From assembly GCA_013239625.1 (NCBI GenBank), contig MU054220.1, positions 7,289,367 to 7,353,366 of the forward strand: a stretch of DNA of 64,000 nucleotides, in the 5' to 3' direction. Source of the DNA: Lama guanicoe (taxonomy: Eukaryota). Of the stretch, positions 39,614-52,215 are shown one piece after another. A program made the position numbers and the translations under genes. Below the pieces are notes generated by a model. It saw only the letters and a program-made list of their open reading frames with translations. It did no database searches and was not told the origin of the DNA. Position 1 is the first letter of the stretch, and every line of letters starts with the position of its first letter.

Positions 39614-40067
39614 TGTGACGGGTTGAACGGTGGCTCCTAAAAGATATATTTGCATCCTAAGGCCCTGAACCTTTGGATGTGACCTTATTTGGAAAAAAAA
39701 CATGATGTTTGCAGATATAATTAAGTTGAAGATCTTGACATGAGATCGTCCTGGGCTATCCAAGTGGGCCCTAAACACAGTGATGATGTCCTTATAAGAG
39801 ACACCCATAGGAGAGACACATGGGGAAGAGAAGAGGCCATGAGAAGATTGAGGCAAAGGCGGGAGTTCTGTAGCCACAAACCAAGAATATCTGGATCCGC
39901 CAGAGCTGGAAGAGGCAAGGAAAAAATCTCCCCCAAAGTCTCTGAGGACTCTTGCTGACATCCCCGTTTCCGATGTCTGGCCTCCACGGCCGGGAAAGAA
40001 TAAATTCCTGTTGTCTTCAGTCATCAAGTTTGTGATCATTGTCGTGGAAGCCGAAGGAAACTGATAT
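39614..40067 (+). mobile_element. MaLR LTR (MLT1B/C-like)
   Basis: 'tgtgacgggttgaacggtggctcctaaaagata...gatgtgaccttatttggaaa...gccagagctggaagaggcaaggaa...aataaattcctgttg...ggaaactgata'. Confidence 0.9.
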
Positions 40068-40167
40068 ATTCTGCATCTACATCCCCTCCTCTTCTGCTTT
40101 CTCACTCTGTTCCTACCAGACTAGCTTATATGACCCCTTGTTATTCTTTAAGTGTAACATGCTTCTT

Positions 40168-40529
40168 TTCTTGTCTGTTTGGCCTGCTATAGCAAAATAC
40201 CACAGATTGGGTATCTTAGAAGCAAAAGAACTTATTTTTCATATTTCTGGAGGGTTGAAGTCAAAGATCAGGGTGCCAGCATGGCCAGGGGAGGGCCCTC
40301 TTCCAGGTTGCAGACTCCTCATTGTATCCTTACTGGGAGAAAGGGGTTAGGGGCATCTCTGGAGCCTCTTTGACAAGGGCACTAACCCCATTCATGAAGG
40401 CTCCATCCTGATGACCTCGTCACCTTCCAAAGGCCCCACCTCCTAATACCATCATTACCACCACTTTGGGCATTAGATTTAACATACGAATTTGGGTGGC
40501 AGAGGGACACAGACGTTCAGACTATAGCA
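40168..40529 (-). mobile_element. MaLR LTR (MLT1A-like)
   Basis: 'ctgctatagcaaaataccacagattggg...aagatcagggtgccagcatgg...ccaaaggccccacctcctaataccatca...gttcagactatagca'. Confidence 0.9.
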
Positions 40530-43500
40530 CTTTCCCAGGCTTAGAACCTTTATATTAGCTCTTCTCTCTGCTTGGAAGACTTTTCTCTTCGATCTTTTTA
40601 TGTCTGCATTCCTTCCTGTCATTCTTGAAGCTCAGTGTCTCTTTTTCAGAAGGGATCTTCCTAGATCAAATCAGTGTAATATCCCCCATCAGTCATTCCC
40701 TGACTCATCACTCTTATATTTGCATTTTGGTACATATCTCTACCTGATCTTTTCTGGTTTGCTTATTATCTGTCTTAACCATTAAAAGCAAACTCTGTGA
40801 AGTGAGAGTGTGTTACTCTCTGACTCACCGTAGAATTCTGAGTGTCTAGAATCGTCCCCGGTATTTAGTAAGCATTCAGTTAATGCTGAATGAGATGCAT
40901 GTCAGAAAGGCTATCAACGTTGGAGGGAATTAAGGTGGTAATTTCAGATATCTAGAAATTTAAGGAACGAGCCAGGCCCTTCGTTATTGAGGGCCTAGGT
41001 TATTGGCTGTGTTATAATAACAATGACTTAGACTCTCTCTGTGGGCGAGTCAGATGATAAAGGAGGAAGTCAGGAAAATTCCATAAAAATGTCGCAAATA
41101 AATATGGAGGCATGGTCTTGGGACCAAATTGGTAACATTCCCCAAAGTAATTACAGTGTAGAGTATAAGCAATTGGAACATAAGATCAGAGCCAAATCTG
41201 AAACAATGATATCTTGGGGCCAACTATGAGAGTTAGGCTGGAGAAGATGGCCGGGATTTGTTCTGCCTATCAGTGGAGGTCCACTGCCCACCATTCAAGG
41301 GGGCAAAAGACTAACAACACTGGGAACAAGTCAGCTATGGGCAAAACGAGACAAAAAATACGGCTCCCAACTGCTTTGGCAAAGAGAAGGCTTGGCTTTC
41401 TGATGAGCTGGATGTAATAATTTTCTAATGAACTAGATCTTGGGAACTAGATCCTTCCCAACAGGGCCAGCTTCCAATTAGGTTTAAATTCCTTCAGTGT
41501 AAGTTTAAATTCGAATACAGTAACTTAAAATGATCCAATATGCTCTCAGTGGTGCTACAGCATACAGCATTTTAATGCAGAAGAAGCCATTTCCAGTGGG
41601 AGGCTGCCACTGACACCACATTATCTAGCTGTGAGGGCTGGGCAGAGACAACATCCCTGATGGTGCCATTGTTCAGCCTTTCATACCCTGTCCACCTCAC
41701 CAGCAATCAAAAAACGTAATGAGGACGTCCTAGTCCAATTCAAAAATTAAGGAGTGCATATCATCTGAGGATAATGAATGTCATAGGAGAGTGAAGTAAA
41801 ATAAACCAGGAGGACTGTCCGGAAGGCAAACAGGAGGTCATGAAAGTCATTCTGTTAGAACCACCATCCTGCTGAATTTTCCACGGACGGGTTGGAGAGT
41901 GCTTGAGCGCAGCATCCTTGGGGCGTCTTTGTGACATTCTCATAGCGTTAGCTGAGTAACGGCAGCCAGAGACCCGTGGAAGTCCTACTCTGAGGCTTGC
42001 AGTCATTTTAGAGTTCCCAGAGGTAGGTCTGTTGAGGTCTCCTGTCCCAGGGCACAGCTTGTCTCATAGGAGTTATTTCAGCGTTTTTCATCCCCTCTGA
42101 CTTTCCCGCAAGTTTTCCATCGTTCTTGTTAGCTGCATATTTTGGAAATGAAAAACAATCAGGCTGAGGAAAAGGCCTTCTGTATGTTCGTGTCCCTGGG
42201 CGTAAATGTGGAATAAATGTACCTAATGCACGGTGGCTGATATTCTGTGTCATTTATCTTCACTTGTGGGGAGAAACGGGATAAGTCACTCATAACCGGG
42301 CCAGTCCTGAGCCATTCTTCATCCCTACGCTCATGAAGATAAATGTCGCATTTCCACAGACCACAGCTATCCTGTGTCCTTTTAGACCAGAGATTTAGAT
42401 CAGTTAGAGCAGGAGGTCAACCTGGTGCCATTATTTGAAAATCAAGAACACGAGGTGAGTACCCTCTCCTACCCCAACACATCTTGATCTCCAGTATTAA
42501 ATGAGGGTGCCACCAGCAGCTAAAAAGATGTTTAAGTAGCAGGTATATGTTCATCCATGTCTATCCTTCAAACACTTCGTTTTAATTAAAAGACTATTTC
42601 CTGCGGATCACCGTGCAATGTTTTGCGAGGACTGATTTGTAGGAGATGGTCTTGGTTTTCAAACAATGATAAGGGGTACAATGAATACTGTGGAAAAAAT
42701 GATGAGCAGTTGGTTAATACTCTCTGCGGGCGAGTCTGATGACAAAGGAGGAAGTCAGAATAGAAGTCTCGAGAAGTCATAGTCTTTGAGCAACTATATT
42801 AAGAGAAAACGGTATGGATACCTTAGCGTCCCGTGATGTACCAGTGACTGTTCCATTGGATTTTAAGGCTAAGGCAGAGCAAGTGGGTGACTTCTCTGCT
42901 CTGTGCTTATGGACCCTGACGTGGGTAATCCACAGACACGACCTCTTTATAACTCAGTGGCAAATGTGCTTATTCTGGCTTTATTTTTAATTACCCTTCC
43001 ACAAATTGAATGTTTGATGTTAGAAGTCTTCCCATTGAAATGAAAGTATTGGCTCTTTTCCCCTTGGCTGGTACATACCCGTTTATATCACGAGCAGTAA
43101 ACTGAGCATTTCCAAAATCATTGCCCCTCTTTGGAAGCTATTAGTTTAAATTATGGATATCAACAGTTTTTGAATTAGGAGACGGCAGTTTTGTAAGACT
43201 TAACTCTAATCACACCGATTGATTATGTGATTCAAATTCAGGGTGTGTACTCCCACAGTTGATTCTTTCTGTATATAACCAAATAAGCTGTTTCGTTCAC
43301 TTATTCAAGAAATATTTATTGAATGCACACTGCATGGCAGTAACTGGGCTGGGCATGCACGTAAAATTATAGATAGTGGCTGTTCCCGTAAGCCATGTAG
43401 TCTAATGATGCAGAAAGACACATCCGTACAGTGGAGATGACTAACCCAGTAGTTGATAATTGCTCAAGAAAATGTCCTTTTCATTCTTCCAGTACGGAAG

Positions 43501-43629
43501 TCATAGTGAAATATGTTAAAGGAACACATAAAAAGCAATTTCCTACAAATTTAGAGAACCTTGGAAGAACTCACAGCATAAGTACCTCCTTCCCTCCCTA
43601 AACATGTTCACGTTAAAAGATCATATATT

Positions 43630-43830
43630 GGGCAGAGCATTAGCCTAGGGCTCCAAACATTTAACTTCCTGTATTAACAGTTACCACACGTTAATTTTTT
43701 GCAACTGTGTAACATTTACTTCCTTCTACTTAAATTTCTCATCTGAAAAATGAAAAAAATTTAATCTCTTCTGTGTACCTCCTATTGTTGGGAAGGTCCA
43801 ATAGGATAATGTATATGAGAAAAATTCTAA
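43630..43830 (+). mobile_element. MIR SINE
   Basis: 'caactgtgtaac...tttctcatctgaaaaatg...ataggataatgtatatga'. Confidence 0.6.
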
Positions 43831-44099
43831 TCTGAGGTGTATAATAGAAACAAAGGTACCATTCGCATCACCATCTTTCTTGTTACCCATCTTGTTTTTA
43901 TGGTGCTAGGTAAAAGATCAAGGTGGCTTGCCATCTTGATTTATATTTTCATATCCAGCCATGATCACCTATTTGCAGATGCACGCCACATTCAGCATCA
44001 GATAAGCATTGTGTTAACAGTGGGTAAATCGTTTAGCCACCCCCGCCCCCAAGTATTTAGAGCAGTGCTTAATAGACAATGAGTGGAACTCTCTCACAT

Positions 44100-44335
44100 A
44101 ATAATAATCATTCCTGTCATCTGAGAGCTTACGGTGTGCCAGGCTTGGCGCTTTATGGGCAACACAGCATTTCATGTTCAGAACGACCTTCTGAGGTTAT
44201 CACTTGTATTAGTCATCACTCTCACTTTACAGATGAGGGAATTGAAGTCTAAAAAGACTGCTGAACTTGCCCAAGTCACAAAGTTACCATATCTAACGGC
44301 AGAATTCATCAGCTAAACTTCTGGGCCCTACCACA
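44100..44335 (-). mobile_element. MIR SINE
   Basis: 'gtgtgccaggc...ctcactttacagatgagggaattgaagtct...aacttgcccaagtcaca'. Confidence 0.85.
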
Positions 44336-44579
44336 TGCTCTGATCTGGAATCCGTCATCTTCTCCATCTTTGTACTCCCCTTCCTGCTTGATAATCCCCA
44401 TTTTCTCCAGAAAAGCACTCAGGGAGGCATTCAACTTTTCTGGGCTTTAGTTTCCTCATCTATGAAATAGGACTACTCTGAGGCTCCATTAATAAATCAC
44501 GCAAAGTCTATGTCCTCATATTGTCGGAGGAGATAGAAAATAAATACCTACACACACACAGGTACATACATACAGAAAT

Positions 44580-45905
44580 GTGTATTTTCTCTCCTTGTGA
44601 GAAGTGCTATGAAGAGAAATAAAGGAAAATAAGGAAATAGAGATAGATGGAGAAAGGGACGTTATATTTTAGGCAGCATAGCCAAGAAGGTCTCTCTGAG
44701 CAAGTGACCTGGAGGAAGAGAAGCAGCAAAGCACACAGGTGTTTGGATGAAAGGCGGTACCATGGTCATGTGCATGTATACGTATAGCTACCAGTCTGTC
44801 TTGGTGATAATCATTTCAGGCAGAAGAAACAGCAAGTGCAAGATTCCTGAGAACGTAGTGTGCTTGATATATTTGAGAAACAGCAAGGAACCAATGTTGC
44901 CAGAGTGGAGTGAGTTAAAGTGATAGTGGGAGCCAGACAGGACCAGTGAAGAAGGGATGCAGAGCAAAACTATAAATGGTCTCCTAGGCTACTGGAAGCA
45001 CTTTAATGTCACCCTTAGTGACATGAGATGCCATTGAGCACTGCACAGAAGAATGCATGTGATCTGATTTTTGTTTGGATAGGATCCCTCCACTGTGCCA
45101 AGAAAAGTCTGAAGAGGGGCCAAGAATTGAAGCAAAGACACAAAATGCTGGACTGGGTTATTGGAATAATCCAGTCATCCAGAGGGAGAATGGACTAGGA
45201 TGTAGCAGAGGAGGTGAGAAAAAGAGTCAAGACTTATATACAGAATTTCCAATGTATAGGCAACAGGATGTAAAGGTGATAAGGTATAGAAGGAATAGGA
45301 TGCAAACTTGGGGATGAGACCAAAATATAAAGTTTCAAGGGGACTTTGTCCTGAGCTACTACGAAGTTGGTCCCTTGAACTAGTTTAGCACACGGTAGGA
45401 GGTTACAAGTTTGTTTGTTTTTTTCCCTGAATGAATGAATGAATGAATGGAGTTGCTATTAGAAAAGTCTTTGTCAGGGATGGGGCTTGAGTTGGCATTC
45501 AAGTTTTATTTTGGGCAGGCTCATTTTCGATGCCTCCAAGTGGAAGTCTTGAATGAGCCGTTGTTTGTATATGCTACAAGTCTGCCTTGCCAGCGGGAGA
45601 GAAAGGTTTGGGGACAGTCTTCAGTTTGTAGATGGTGTCACTGTGGGATTCACCTAGAGAGTGGGTGCAGACAAAGAAGAGCTCCACCAACTGAGCCCTG
45701 TTGCACCCCAAGGTTTAGTGGCCCAAGAGATAGGGCAGGGCTGGCAATGGAGGTTGAGCAGAGTGACCAATGAAGTAGAAGAATCGAGAGAGTGGTTTCC
45801 TAGGAGCCAAGTGCAGAGTGTTTCAGGAAGGACAGAATGATCACTCTCATGTTGCTGATGGTTGCCTAACATGAGAATTGAGATTCAGCTACTGGATTTA
45901 GCAAT
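44580..45905 (-). mobile_element. Long LINE-2 fragment
   Basis: 'aagtgctatgaagagaaataaa...ttcaggcagaagaaacagcaagtgcaag...actgagccctg...actggatttagcaatg' follows the reverse L2 consensus order. Confidence 0.8.
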
Positions 45906-46869
45906 GATCACGAACTTCTCACCTCCCACCGCTTCTTTTATCTTCTCTGCGCACATGAATTGTTACCCACTGCCTTGCTCTCAGGTTATCATAACTCCCA
46001 AGCGTGTTAACTTCTAACTCACATTTCATATTTCCTACTGAAGGGCAGTTAACGGTTCTTGAAACCATGAGATCTGGGGAAAGTTCCCATAAGACTGAGT
46101 TACACGGCTTTCAAAACCAATGATGGAAAAGCCACACATCATCTCTGAAATAAATTTTAATCATATTCAGGTTCACTTCTGTAGTCATAATACTATTCAC
46201 TAGTGAGGTATTGCTTTAAAGTTTGAGAAGCTCTTTTTACTTACGTTATCTGTTCCAAACAAAACTACCTAACACAGCAAAACGCCCAGCTTTGAATCTC
46301 ACACCATCAGACTCTACCACCTGCTAGCACCTCCTTGTTGGAGTCAACTACAGGCCCACACTTCACTCCTCCTCATTTCTTGTAGATTTTAACACCTGCC
46401 TCTCTGTTGTTCTCTCCAAACCTACTCCCGATAGAATTCTTGGTAATTTCAAATATCCATGTCAGTCCTTTGATCTTCTTGCTAATTTATGGACTTTTTC
46501 CATCTGTATTTGCTAGGGGCTTCCTCTTTGTACAGTTTGCACCGACTGTATGTCTCAGCTTGAGTTGTAAAGACCTGTATTTGTTGGAATTAAAAATCAT
46601 TTCGTTTACTTCATTATGCTTTGCAAAATGCCAGCTCTATCTCTTTGTACATCTTTGCTCCAATTACTGTGTGGCCCTCGATCTCTGTTTCTAATTTTTA
46701 GTCTGCCGTTGCCACAGGACTGTTGGAAGGGAAGTAGGGGTAGGATGAGGTATGGGGAGAAGAAAGAGGTGGAAAAAAATCCAAGTTGGAGTTTGCCGCA
46801 GAAGCCTATGTCAAACTCTTAACATCCCATTTGATTTTAATACTTCAGCGTGTCTGTTTAACTATTTCC

Positions 46870-47020
46870 CATCCGTCTTCATAATACATGATCTCATTTC
46901 ATCTTAAGAGGTGGTTCTGAACAGGGTAGTGAATCAGACAGAAAATGTGACTTGCTTAAGCGCATGCATCTAATAAGTCAGAACCAAGCGTAGGTTACAG
47001 ATCTTCTGACTCTAAATGCA
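46870..47020 (-). mobile_element. MIR SINE fragment
   Basis: 'tgtgacttgcttaag...aagtcagaaccaag...agatcttctgactctaaa'. Confidence 0.6.
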
Positions 47021-49479
47021 TTTTTTTTTATTGGCCTTAAACAATGCATTGTTCAGGATGGTCAGTGGTTAAAATAGCTGTGTTGGCTTCCTGCCCGGGA
47101 GAGTGTTAAAATACAGAAGCAATTTTAATAAATATTGTCACCAGTGTTGTCTGTGGTGATGGTGGTGGCAGCAGATCGAGAAATGTGCTGAAGTGTTCTA
47201 ATGGATGCTTTTCTTTTTCCTTTTTTTTTTTTTTTTTTTTTTTAGGCAAACACATTGCCTGTTTACAGCTTAGAGACCACAATGGACAACTAGGTGGGTG
47301 ATGACTCATGCTAAATCTTTGCCACAATATGCTGAACACTACAGCCACAGCTAATGTGAAGTGGCTCGTTATACCCCGTCAAGTCCAATAACAGCCAAGA
47401 CTGGCTTTGCTACAGCATGGAGAGCAGCTTGGAGGAAGCCCGGCTCCTGCAGAGCACCCCTGAATTTCAAAAACTAGGCTGCAGTTGAATAGAAAAGACA
47501 GAGTCGCTGAGTCATCTTTGCAAATTTCTTGTATGTTTCTCTTGGTCAGTTTAGAAGCAGCCTTCGTGGTCCCAGCTTGACACCAGAGGTGACTCTCCTT
47601 GGGCTTCCCTCGTCTTGTGAGTGGCCTCCTCCTTCAGGTGTATTTTAGGGGCTAATGTAGCCCCCAGGCAGAGTGGGAAATGCGGTACCCTGGTAGAAAT
47701 ATTTCTGAAGATTTCTCCTCTCCCCTCGCTCCACCAGCCAGTCATGGCACTCACACAAACACGTTCACCATCCACTGAAGCACAACCACCATGGGACCGT
47801 GGGTGGTATTTCCACCCACGGCGGGAGCAGATCGGAGGCAGCAGGCGAGGGCACTGCCTCCTTACTCTGTGACTTCAGGTCACGTGTCTTTTCGTCTCCG
47901 TTAAATTATAATCTCCCAGAAGGCAGGATCCTGGGTTTATTGATCTCTTTAGTCAACTGCCTGTGAGCTATAGTTGTTTCTCTTATCATCATCAACAAAA
48001 TTAATGTATCCCCTTCTGAAAAGTCCATAATTAAGCCAGGGACTGGGGTTTAATCTTCGCACCTCCCCTGACCCTCCTCCAGTGCCTGACACACAGTAAG
48101 TGGACACTGTGTTTGTTCAGTGAAGGAGCAAAGACACAAAATGCGGCCATCCATCAGATGTTTCCCTGCCGCCAAATGAGAGACTCCGCAAACCTTTTCC
48201 AACCGTCAGAGACAGAAGGGTCATGGCTTCCAATCATTCTTCCCCTGGCCACCAGGAATAATGCCCTAAAAGCGGTTGTTTATTTTGAAAGGAAAAAAAA
48301 AAAACAAATCTGAAGCTATTATATTTATTTTTATATTCAAATGCCTATGAAACAGAAAAACACCAGAGACCGATTCGTTGCTCACGGATGATCTATGGGG
48401 TAATAATGTGCTGGGTCTTCCAGCCGTGCTGCACTTTGGTGCTATCCTGGTTTAAATGAAAATGTATACTGTGACCTTGGTTTTGTTCACTGGGTGTTGG
48501 GGAGGGGATAATTGGCATGAGGCCTCTGAAGAACTCCCTCTTAACGAACGTCATTTGGCTAATTTGGGGTTCACCTGCAGGAAATAATGCGGGAAGCCCC
48601 GTAAAAATGAGATGCATTCTGTTTGCATGCAACTCATATGCAGCTAATGATTTTTTTTTTAATTAACTTTTTATTTGGCGTTCCCTATCTGTTGAATTCT
48701 AAGTGCTGTGAGGATGATAATAGTATTGTCCCTTACAGTCTCATGTTTCATCATAATTAAATAAACCGCTTATGAATTGCAGTCCAAAAAATGTCTGTGT
48801 TCCCCTCTTAAACTTAAGGGGTTTCCATAGAAACCATGGGTAGTGAGTTTGACTTTTATTGGACTTGAGGCTATATGTAGCATGGATAGCGAGCTCTCTG
48901 TTTTTCTCTCTGCCACTCTGTGTACATGTCCCTTTCTCTTCCTCTAGCCTTCACGGCCATCTTTCCCCCTCAGTCCTCTCCTCCTCCTCCTTTTCCTCCG
49001 CCCACCCCCTTCTCTTATTAGCAATGAGGAAGTAATTTGGACTCAGTTAGCTTTAACAAATGCAATAATACTAAAATGAGCTCTGATACTTAAGTGTAAT
49101 TGTGTTATTAGCTGGAAATGTTTTTCTTCAAAAACAAAAGAATTGAGAGTGAAGTTTAGTAACATGGCACAGGCTGATAGGAAGCAACCCTTGAAGATTT
49201 GCAGTGCACACCTCAAGGTCCACGCTCATCCTCCCAGCTTTGACTTCTCCTTGATTTTGTTGCCCCAGATTGATGTTTCTCCTCCATCCTAGTTTTCAGC
49301 CTTCTAAATGGAACATATAGTCATTGTGCTGATCGTGTAACGAGAGAAAAGAGGCATTTATTTAGAAAGGAGAAAACATACTATATAGTGTGTACCTACA
49401 ACGGTCCAGCTAATTTACTAGGTACTTCCATTTAAGTTGTCTTAGTTAATGCCACAAAGGTGACTGCCAGGCAGGGTGC

Positions 49480-49930
49480 TGGAAGGCACACGGACCTGGA
49501 GCTGAACTTCCGGCTCCATCCAGGCTGGCTGTACGCCTTGGGTATTGTGCTTAAATGCTCTGTCTTGGTTTCTCAAAGACAAAATGAAAATGAGCGCTTC
49601 TAAGAAGTGGGGTTTTATTAGGATTGGCTATGAAAACGCTGCCAGGACACCGCAGTGGCGCTGCTTTTCTCCATCCCTTGATAAATGAGGAAGATGAGTT
49701 GCCAAAAGAGTGAGTCACGTATCCAGAGCTGCACGTCTAGTAGAAAGGGTGTTCGTACAGTGCAGTGATTAGACAGGGTGGATTTAGACGGACCTGAGGT
49801 CAGTTACTAAATGTGCGATTTGGGGTAAGTGACAAACTGATGGAGCACCAACTTCGTACAGTTGTTACAAGGATTAAATAAAATTGTGTGTGGAAGATAC
49901 AAGAGCGTCTGCCACATAGAAAGCTGTGAG
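49480..49930. mobile_element. Cluster of MIR fragments in both orientations
   Basis: 'ggctgtacgccttggg', 'gataaatgaggaagatgag', 'tgtgcgatttggggtaagtgac...gttacaaggattaaataa'. Confidence 0.6.
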
Positions 49931-51227
49931 CTGTGTTTTTTTGCCCTGTCAGTCTTCTTCCCCCCGCCCCCTCCCACTTTTCTGATTTGTTTTGTTTTTA
50001 GTATGGATTCAAAGTAAAGAATGATTAATCTTCCAAGTCTATCTAATATTTCTAGTTTTAAATTATCTCACAACTCATAAAATATCTCCAGTTATCCTGA
50101 TAACAATGAGAAAGGAAAGACAGGTGTGGAGTAAGGAGATTCAGAACTGTAATTGACAAGATCTCCATATAGCGAACGAGGAAGTGGAGTTTTTACCTAG
50201 TTCTCTAGGGTTCTTTTTATAATTAAAGCCCTCAGAATCTGTTATTCTTAATAATCCTAGGTTCATGACTTTTAAAGCTTAAACCCAGCAGATTCTAGCT
50301 CACCTTTCTGATACATGGTGAGAGGAAAAACGTTTTAGCAGGGAAGAAGGCAAGGAAGTAAGGAGAGTGTAGCTGCAAACTCTGTCTCTAGCAGACCGTT
50401 TTCAGGTCCTTGTCCCAGGATCTGAAGGGACATGCAGACATACAGTCCTCAATCCCAGGCACAAATGAGGCATTGATTTTGCACAGCAATATGCCTTGGT
50501 GGTGTTGGTTACAAAAAAGGGATGGAGTGAGGAAAAAAATGCAAAAGAAGCCAGATGTCAGTCAAAGATGTTGGTACCTAGTGAATTAAGAAAAGAGTAG
50601 ACAGCTAGGAAGAGAGTGTGATGGGACACAATTGCTGGAGAGAGTGATCGTTACTCCCCCGTCCCACGCACGTGTCCACCTGCACACACGTGTATTCACG
50701 ACTAAACAGAACGAACATTAATATGTAATCATTATATGGCTTCAAAAGGCTCATGCTAGGAGGTAAAAAGTTAGCTCTACCTTTTTTTTTGTTGTTGTGT
50801 GCTTATGCTTGCCTTCTTACTAGAATATTCATTCTGCATTGTCTTTAAAAGAATCCCCTTAAGCCCTTTTCTCCATTTGCTGAGTGTTAAGTTTAGTTAA
50901 AGCTAAATAAAGTAATCCCAAAGCCACTTAGCTAGACACTTCAGAAACAGGAGGACTTCACGATGTGCTCAAAGCTCAGGGACAGGTAACAGCCCCACCG
51001 GAAACCCCTCAGTGTTGTGGAATTCCCTCTGCTTCGGGACTCCTCAAGTGTGTTACGTGACACGCAGCACTGTTGCCAAATTAATCTCTTTCTTATTTCT
51101 TAGATGAAAGTGAGTTACAGCTAGAAATTTTAATATTTTTTTTCTTTCATGTCCTGATAGATCATCCTGGTAACTTTAGGGTTAAGGAGAGTGTGTAAGA
51201 AAATGTATTTCTCTACAGGCTCAAGAG

Positions 51228-51440
51228 CAGGGTCAACAAACTCTTCCTATAGGGGGCCAAAGAGTAGGTATTGTGGCTTTGCAAGCCACGGAGTCTGTCA
51301 CCATTGCACAGCTGTGCCCTTTCATGTGCACAGCCATAGGAAATACACACGCCCATGGCTCCAGCAGCGTTCCGATAAAACTTTATTGACAGAAACAAAT
51401 GGTGAACCAAACTTTGCCTGGGGGCAGTTGCTTGCTACTG
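51228..51440. mobile_element. hAT-Charlie MITE (MER58A-like)
   Basis: 'cagggtcaacaaactcttcctatagggggcca...gcgttccgataaaactttattgacagaaaca'. Confidence 0.85.
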
Positions 51441-52023
51441 ATCTTAGAGCTTTGCCTACCTGTCCATCCACCTTCTGTTTCTGCTCACGTGGCAACTACA
51501 GCTTAAACGGTGGGACTGGGAAGTGTGGGAGTGACAACCATATCACTATTTCTCTCATTTTGTGCATTTTACTTTTTGTCTTAGTTATTTTTGATTAAAC
51601 TTAATCTTCCCAGTATTCCTTTGGCACAGGAGGAGCACGTAGTCTGTCTTCACTTTCCAGAAGGGTACAGAAAGTTTCAGTGGTTTGCGTCGGTGTCACC
51701 CAGCATCTATAATATTCTTATTGGAATATGACTGTGAGCCTTGTGGTTTCTTTAATTGGATCATCCTTCCTAAAATGCATTCTTTAGGGAATAAAGAAAG
51801 ATGGTGGAAGAAGTAAACAAGAAGTAGTTTTCATTACCCAAACGAAGAAAAAATAGGTGTTAATGCATGGCTTAACCAGGGACATACCCAGGCTTCCCTA
51901 CTTTGTTATCCCATTAAGATTCCATAGTGGATCTAGTTCTTTTTTGCTTTTCGTGTCTACTGCTTTTTTTCATGGCATATTTTTGGAAATGATGCATTGT
52001 AGGCAAATGAATACAGGAGAATA

Positions 52024-52215
52024 CAGGGAGTGCTTGTTTTGCACAGCACTGTGTTAACTGAAGCGGGTTCATTTTGGAACCGAGTCCTCATTTTGCAAGG
52101 TTCCATGGTAACTGAGAGAAAATCTGTTAGAAAAGAACTGTGCAAAAAAGAGGACTTGGTTTCGATATGCATAGCCTATGGTTAACAAGGCACCGAGCAA
52201 AACGAGGACTGCCTT
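52024..52215. mobile_element. Palindromic TcMar/Tigger-type MITE
   Basis: Two ~90-bp arms are imperfect reverse complements; left end reads TA|cagggag; subfamily not determined. Confidence 0.7.

Larger units (their letters stand above)
39330..40895 (+). mobile_element. LINE-2 fragment interrupted by two MaLR LTRs
   Basis: L2-like text on both sides of and between the LTRs, ending 'ggtatttagtaagcattcagttaatgctgaatga'. Confidence 0.6.

Noticed and set aside
39605..40105. Longest ORF in the window (166 aa, minus strand)
   Set aside because: Lies almost entirely antisense within an MLT1 LTR
41035..42758. CRISPR-like interpretation of the 39-bp repeat
   Set aside because: Only two copies 1.7 kb apart, no spacer periodicity, no cas genes, and a mammalian context
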